A stretch of DNA of 64,000 bases from the NCBI GenBank assembly GCA_964588985.1, contig CAZPQW010000004.1:32001-96000 (forward strand), read 5' to 3'. A model generated the notes under the pieces. The model saw nothing but the letters and a program-made list of their open reading frames with translations. It was not told the DNA's origin and searched no databases. This document shows, piece after piece, positions 58,314 to 64,000 of the stretch. The number at the start of each line of letters is the position of its first letter. Position 1 is the stretch's first letter. This DNA comes from an uncultured Solirubrobacteraceae bacterium. GTDB lineage: Bacteria > Actinomycetota > Thermoleophilia > Solirubrobacterales > Solirubrobacteraceae. The position numbers were made by a program, and so were the translations under genes.

Positions 58314-59213
58314 ATGAGCCCGCTCGTCGAGTCGCGCCTGGAGGATCTCGTGATCATCACCGGCTTCTCGGGCGCGGGCAAGTCGACGGCGATGAACGTG
58401 TTCGAGGACGCGGGCTACTTCTGCGTGGATAACCTGCCGCCGGAGATGATCCGCTCGTTGGTGGAGCTGTTCGTGCACAAAGGCTCGAAGGTGGAGCGCG
58501 CGGCGGTCGTCTCAGACGTGCGCGGTGGCGTGTATTTCGAGGCGCTGCGCGCGGTGGTCGACGACCTCGACGCGCTCGGCCTGAGCCACCACGTGTTGTT
58601 CCTGGAGGCGGCCGAGCAGACGCTCGTGACCCGTTACAAGGAGACACGCCGCCGGCATCCGCTCGCGCCGGAGGGGAGCGTGGCGGCGGGCGTGGCGGCG
58701 GAGCGCGCGCTGCTCGAGCCGTTGCGCGGACGCGCGGATCTGGTGATCGACACGACGTCGATGTCCGCGGCGAGCCTGCGTGAGAAGATCGCCGCGGAAT
58801 TCCTGCCCCGCAACGCGATCGGCAAGCTGTCGGTGACGTTCATGAGCTTCGGCTTCAAGCACGGCCCGCCGCGCGAGGAGGATCTCGCGTTCGACGTGCG
58901 CTTCCTCGCCAACCCGCACTACGAGCCGGAGCTGCGCGAGCTGACGGGGCTGGACCGGCGCGTGGTGGAGTACATCGAACGCGACGGGCGCCTGGAGGAG
59001 TTCTACGAGCGCCTGCACGGGCTGCTGGATTTCCTGCTGCCGCAGTACGTGGCGGAGGGCAAGGCGCACCTGGTGATCGCGATCGGCTGCACGGGCGGCC
59101 GGCACCGCTCGGTGGCGATCGCCGAGCACCTCGCCGCGCGCTATCGCGACACCGAGGACCTGGACGTTGCGGTGGCGCATCGCGACATGGACAAGCGCTC
59201 GAAGCCCGCCTGA
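58314..59213 (+). CDS. rapZ: RNase adapter RapZ (YvcJ)
   Basis: TGFSGAGKS, CVDNLP, ETRRRHP, SFGFKHG, DVRFL.NP, GCTGGRHRSV. Confidence 0.95.
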   Translation: MSPLVESRLEDLVIITGFSGAGKSTAMNVFEDAGYFCVDNLPPEMIRSLVELFVHKGSKVERAAVVSDVRGGVYFEALRAVVDDLDALGLSHHVLFLEAAEQTLVTRYKETRRRHPLAPEGSVAAGVAAERALLEPLRGRADLVIDTTSMSAASLREKIAAEFLPRNAIGKLSVTFMSFGFKHGPPREEDLAFDVRFLANPHYEPELRELTGLDRRVVEYIERDGRLEEFYERLHGLLDFLLPQYVAEGKAHLVIAIGCTGGRHRSVAIAEHLAARYRDTEDLDVAVAHRDMDKRSKPA

Positions 59214-59365
59214 GCAGCCGCCGTCCGTAGAAACGCGCACGCGTGTCCGTATATGGACACCTGGCCCAGCGAGCGGTGCGCTGATAGCCTCCCCCGGCAC
59301 GCCGGGTGACGGAGTACGCGCTCCTGAGGCCCGGCATCGTTCATTTTTCGCTCAGGAGGCAATGA

Positions 59366-60385
<1,020 letters not shown>

Positions 60386-60387
60386 CG

Positions 60388-61626
60388 ATGAGAAGCATCG
60401 ATGAGCTGGACGTGCACGGCAAGCGCGTGCTCGTGAGGGTCGATTTCAACGTGCCGCTGGACACCGCCTCGAACGGCGATCCGGCCGCTGGCGGCGTTCC
60501 GCTGGTGAGCGACGACACGCGGATCGCGGCGGCGCTGGCGACGATCGAAGAGCTGCGCGCCCGTGGCGCGCGCCTGGTGCTGGTCTCCCATCTGGGCCGC
60601 CCGAAGGGCAAGCCGGTCCCGGAGCTGTCGCTGAAGCCGGTCGCGGATCGTCTGCGCGAGCTGACGGGAGCGAAGGTGACGTTGGCTCCGGCGGTGATAG
60701 GCGACGAGGTCACGGCGCTCGCCGAGGCGCTCGAGGATGGAGACATCCTGGTGCTGGAGAACGTGCGCTTCGAGCCGGGCGAGACGAGCAACGACCCCGA
60801 GTTCGCGCGGGCGCTGGCGGACCTCGCGGACCTGTACGTGGACGACGCGTTCGGGGTGGCGCACCGTGCGCACGCGAGCAACGAGGGCGTGACGCACCTG
60901 CTGCCGAGCGCGGCGGGACGGCTGTTGGAACGTGAGGTGAAGACGCTGACGGGCATCCTCGAGCACCCCGACCATCCGCTCGTGGCTATCGTGGGCGGCG
61001 CGAAGGTGGCGGACAAGATCGCGGTGATCGAGCGCTTCCTGGAGGTGGCTGACGTGGTGATCATCGGCGGCGCGATGTGCTTCCCGTTCCTGTGCGCGCA
61101 GGGCCACACGGTGGGGAAGTCGCTGTGCGGCGACGAGGACGTCGAGCACGCGCGTAGCGCTCTGCTGCGTGCGAGCGACACGCACGAGCCGCAGCCTGGC
61201 CGCGCTCGTCTGTTGGTTCCGAACGACCTAGTGATCGGCGACCGCCTGGCGGCGGATGCGACCCACCGCGTGCTCGACGGGGTGGAGGTGCCGGAGGGCT
61301 GGATGGGGCTGGACATCGGTCCGAAGACGGCGGAGCGCTACGCGAGCGTGATCGCGAGCGCGGGGACGGTGTTCTGGAACGGCCCGATGGGAGCGTTCGA
61401 GCTGGAGCCGTTCGCCGCGGGCACGCGCGCGGTGGCGGAGGCGGTGGCGCACGCGCCGGGCTTGACTGTCGTGGGCGGCGGTGACTCGGCGGCGGCGCTC
61501 GCGCAGTTCGGTCTGGAGCACGCGGTCGACCACCTCTCGACGGGCGGGGGAGCGACGCTCGAGCTGGTGGAGGGCAAGACCCTCCCGGGCGTGCAGGCGC
61601 TCGAGGGCGCCGGGGTGGTTTCTTGA
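60388..61626 (+). CDS. pgk: phosphoglycerate kinase
   Basis: RVDFNVP, SHLGRP, LENVRF, GGAKVADK, WNGPMG, STGGGA; start may be GTG 60382. Confidence 0.97.
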   Translation: MRSIDELDVHGKRVLVRVDFNVPLDTASNGDPAAGGVPLVSDDTRIAAALATIEELRARGARLVLVSHLGRPKGKPVPELSLKPVADRLRELTGAKVTLAPAVIGDEVTALAEALEDGDILVLENVRFEPGETSNDPEFARALADLADLYVDDAFGVAHRAHASNEGVTHLLPSAAGRLLEREVKTLTGILEHPDHPLVAIVGGAKVADKIAVIERFLEVADVVIIGGAMCFPFLCAQGHTVGKSLCGDEDVEHARSALLRASDTHEPQPGRARLLVPNDLVIGDRLAADATHRVLDGVEVPEGWMGLDIGPKTAERYASVIASAGTVFWNGPMGAFELEPFAAGTRAVAEAVAHAPGLTVVGGGDSAAALAQFGLEHAVDHLSTGGGATLELVEGKTLPGVQALEGAGVVS

Positions 61627-62393
61627 TGGCGTCCACCGGGCGCACGCCGCTGATCGCGGGCAACTGGAAGATGTACAAGACGGAGGAGCAGGCGGAGGAG
61701 TACATCCAGGCGCTGCTCCCACGCGTCTCGGCGGTGGACGGGGTGGACGTGGCGATCTGCGTGCCGTTCACGGACCTGCGCGCGATGGTGGACAGCGCGC
61801 GCGGATCGCGCGTGGAGGTGTATGCGCAGAACATGCACCACGAGCCCGAGGGTGCGTTCACGGGCGAGATCTCGGCGGCGATGCTGAGCGAGCTGGACGT
61901 GCGCGGCGTGGTGCTGGGTCACTCCGAGCGGCGTGCGCTGTTCGGCGAGACCGACAAGGCGCTCGCGCTGAAGGTGCCGGCGGCGCTGGCGGCCGGCCTC
62001 GCGCCGATCCTGTGCGTGGGCGAGACGGAGGAGGAGCGCGACAACGACGACACCGACCGCAAGCTGCGCCAGCAGGTCCGCGACGATCTCGCGGGCGTGC
62101 CGAACGAGCGCCTGGCGGAGGTGACGATCGCGTACGAGCCGATCTGGGCGATCGGCACGGGCCGGGTGGCCACACCGGAGCAGGCACAGGAGGCGATCGC
62201 GTTCATCCGCGCGCTGGTGGCCGACCGCGACAAGCAGGCGGCGGAGAGCGTTAGGGTGCTGTACGGCGGCTCGGTGAAGCCGGAGAACGCGGCCGAGCTG
62301 CTCGCGCTCCCGGACGTGGACGGAGCGCTCGTGGGCGGCGCATCGCTCGATGCGGAGTCCTTCGCGGCGATCGTCGCCGCGGCCGCGCGATGA
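61626..62393 (+). CDS. tpiA: triose-phosphate isomerase
   Basis: AGNWKM, GHSERR, AYEPIWAIGTG, YGGSV, LVGGASL. Confidence 0.98.
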   Translation: MASTGRTPLIAGNWKMYKTEEQAEEYIQALLPRVSAVDGVDVAICVPFTDLRAMVDSARGSRVEVYAQNMHHEPEGAFTGEISAAMLSELDVRGVVLGHSERRALFGETDKALALKVPAALAAGLAPILCVGETEEERDNDDTDRKLRQQVRDDLAGVPNERLAEVTIAYEPIWAIGTGRVATPEQAQEAIAFIRALVADRDKQAAESVRVLYGGSVKPENAAELLALPDVDGALVGGASLDAESFAAIVAAAAR

Positions 62394-63952
62394 CGCTGCC
62401 GCCGGGCCCCGGCGGCCTGCCGGCGAGCTGCGCGTGCTTGATAGTGCTGGACGGCTGGGGGCTCGCGGAGCCCGGTCCCGGTAACGCGGTCTCTCTGGCG
62501 CGCACGCCGGTGTTCGACGAGCTGTGGAGCTCCTACCCCCACACGACGCTGACGGCGTGGGGTCGCGCGGTGGGCTTGCCGGAGGGCCAGATGGGCAACA
62601 GCGAGGTCGGCCACCTGAACCTGGGGGCGGGCGCCGTCGTACGCCAGGACCTGATGCGGATCGACGACGCTGTGGCGGACGGATCGCTCGCGCAGAGCGA
62701 GGTCCTGCGGGCGGCGTTCGCCGACGCCAGGCGGGTGCACCTGATTGGCCTCGTGTCCGACGGTGGCGTGCACTCCTCGTTGGATCACGTGCGCGCGCTG
62801 GTCGCGCTCGGCGGCAAGCTGGCGGCGCAGGACGTGGTGGTGCACGCGTTCACCGACGGGCGAGACACGCTGCCGCACGCGGGCGTGGACTACCTGCGCG
62901 AGCTCGACTCCACTCCGGGCGTGCGCGTCGGCTCGGTGGTGGGTCGCTACTGGGCGATGGACCGCGACCGGCGCTGGGAGCGCGTGCAGCGTGCGTACGA
63001 CATGCTCGTCCACGCCCGCGCGCCGCATCGTGCGGACAGCGGCGAGGAGGCGGTGACGGCGGCGTATAAGCGCGGCGAGACGGACGAGTTCATCGAGCCG
63101 ACGCTCGTGGGCGAGGAGGGGCGGATCGAGCCGGGCGACAGCGTGATCGCGTTCAACTTCCGCCCCGACCGGATGCGCGAGATCACGCGCGCTCTCGCCG
63201 AGCCGGGGTTTGGCGAGAGCGGCTCAGAGGATCTGCCTGGCTGGGAGGGTCGCGGCGGCGCGCACGCGATCGGGCGCTACGCGACGCTGACGCGCTACGA
63301 GGAGGGCTGGCCGTATCCGGTGGTGTTCTCCCCGGAACACCCCGCGACGACGCTTTCGGTGGTGCTGGCGCAGGAGGGGGCGCGCCAGCTGCACGTGGCG
63401 GAGACGGAGAAGTACCCGCACGTGACGTACTTCTTCAACGGCGGCGACGAGGAGCCGTTGAGCGGCGAGCGCCGCGAGATGGTGCCCTCGCCGCGCGACG
63501 TGCCGACATACGACCACAAGCCGCAGATGAGCGCGCGCGAGGCGGCGGACGCGTTCGTGGGGGCGTGGAACGAGGATGGCCCGCGTTTTGGTGTGATCAA
63601 CTTCGCGAACGCGGACATGGTGGGCCACACGGGCGTGATCTCGGCGGCGGTGGAGGCGATCGAAACGGTGGACGCGTGCTTGGGCGAGGTGGTGGCGGCG
63701 GTGCACGAGCGCGGCGGGGTGTGCATGGTGACGGCCGACCACGGCAACGCGGACCATATGCTCGAGCCGGACGGCAGCCCGAACACGGCGCACTCGATGA
63801 ACCCCGTGCCGCTGATCGTGACGAGCCCGGGCCTCGAGCTGCGCGCGAGCGACGGTATCCTCGCCGACGTGGCGCCGACGGTTCTGGAGACACTGGGTAT
63901 CGAGCAGCCGGCGGCGATGACCGGCCGGTCGTTGATCGAGGGACGCGGATGA
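62390..63952 (+). CDS. gpmI: 2,3-bisphosphoglycerate-independent phosphoglycerate mutase
   Basis: LDGWG, GQMGNSEVGH, DGGVHS, GRYWAMDRD, AETEKY.HVT, ADMVGHTG, ADHGNA. Confidence 0.97.
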   Translation: MTLPPGPGGLPASCACLIVLDGWGLAEPGPGNAVSLARTPVFDELWSSYPHTTLTAWGRAVGLPEGQMGNSEVGHLNLGAGAVVRQDLMRIDDAVADGSLAQSEVLRAAFADARRVHLIGLVSDGGVHSSLDHVRALVALGGKLAAQDVVVHAFTDGRDTLPHAGVDYLRELDSTPGVRVGSVVGRYWAMDRDRRWERVQRAYDMLVHARAPHRADSGEEAVTAAYKRGETDEFIEPTLVGEEGRIEPGDSVIAFNFRPDRMREITRALAEPGFGESGSEDLPGWEGRGGAHAIGRYATLTRYEEGWPYPVVFSPEHPATTLSVVLAQEGARQLHVAETEKYPHVTYFFNGGDEEPLSGERREMVPSPRDVPTYDHKPQMSAREAADAFVGAWNEDGPRFGVINFANADMVGHTGVISAAVEAIETVDACLGEVVAAVHERGGVCMVTADHGNADHMLEPDGSPNTAHSMNPVPLIVTSPGLELRASDGILADVAPTVLETLGIEQPAAMTGRSLIEGRG

Positions 63953-64000
63953 GATCGCGCAGAGCGCTGGCCGCGTTCTTCCTCGGCGCGGGCGTGAACC
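63949..64000 (+). CDS. start of a membrane protein (DoxX-like?), truncated by window
   Basis: ATGA overlap with gpmI; MRSRRALAAFFLGAGVN.. Confidence 0.45.
   Translation, partial: MRSRRALAAFFLGAGVN

Overview
High-GC actinobacterial chromosome segment; gene content and style suggest Thermoleophilia/Solirubrobacterales (inference). About 58 CDS. From left to right: (1) lipid/redox and regulatory genes (MaoC, ArsR+SRPBCC, an AidB-like acyl-CoA dehydrogenase-TetR-methyltransferase operon with paired operators); (2) an orphan type IV pilin directly behind a c-di-GMP-I (GEMM) riboswitch; (3) an MFS transporter, a cutinase and a BVMO-GMC-hydrolase operon; (4) a ~970-aa secreted protein built of four Cys-patterned repeats, next to a serine beta-lactamase-like protein; (5) purM. 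The most unusual locus is ~22.5-35.7 kb: a secreted single-copy version of the same Cys-patterned domain, a strong hairpin, then six MCE/MlaD genes with a secreted lytic transglycosylase (carrying a degenerate M23 domain) inserted after the first, an MlaF/MceG-type ATPase, and no permease genes. It is followed by a lower-GC islet (XRE, TetR-wHTH, a Cys/Trp-rich secreted peptide plus a lipoprotein), a vapBC-type pair divergent from an SOS-box-led imuB(split)-dnaE2 cassette lacking imuA, redox/ABC genes, and the core uvrC-rapZ-gap-pgk-tpiA-gpmI block. No rRNA, tRNA, CRISPR array or transposase/integrase was recognised. All calls come from reading motifs by eye; no searches were run.
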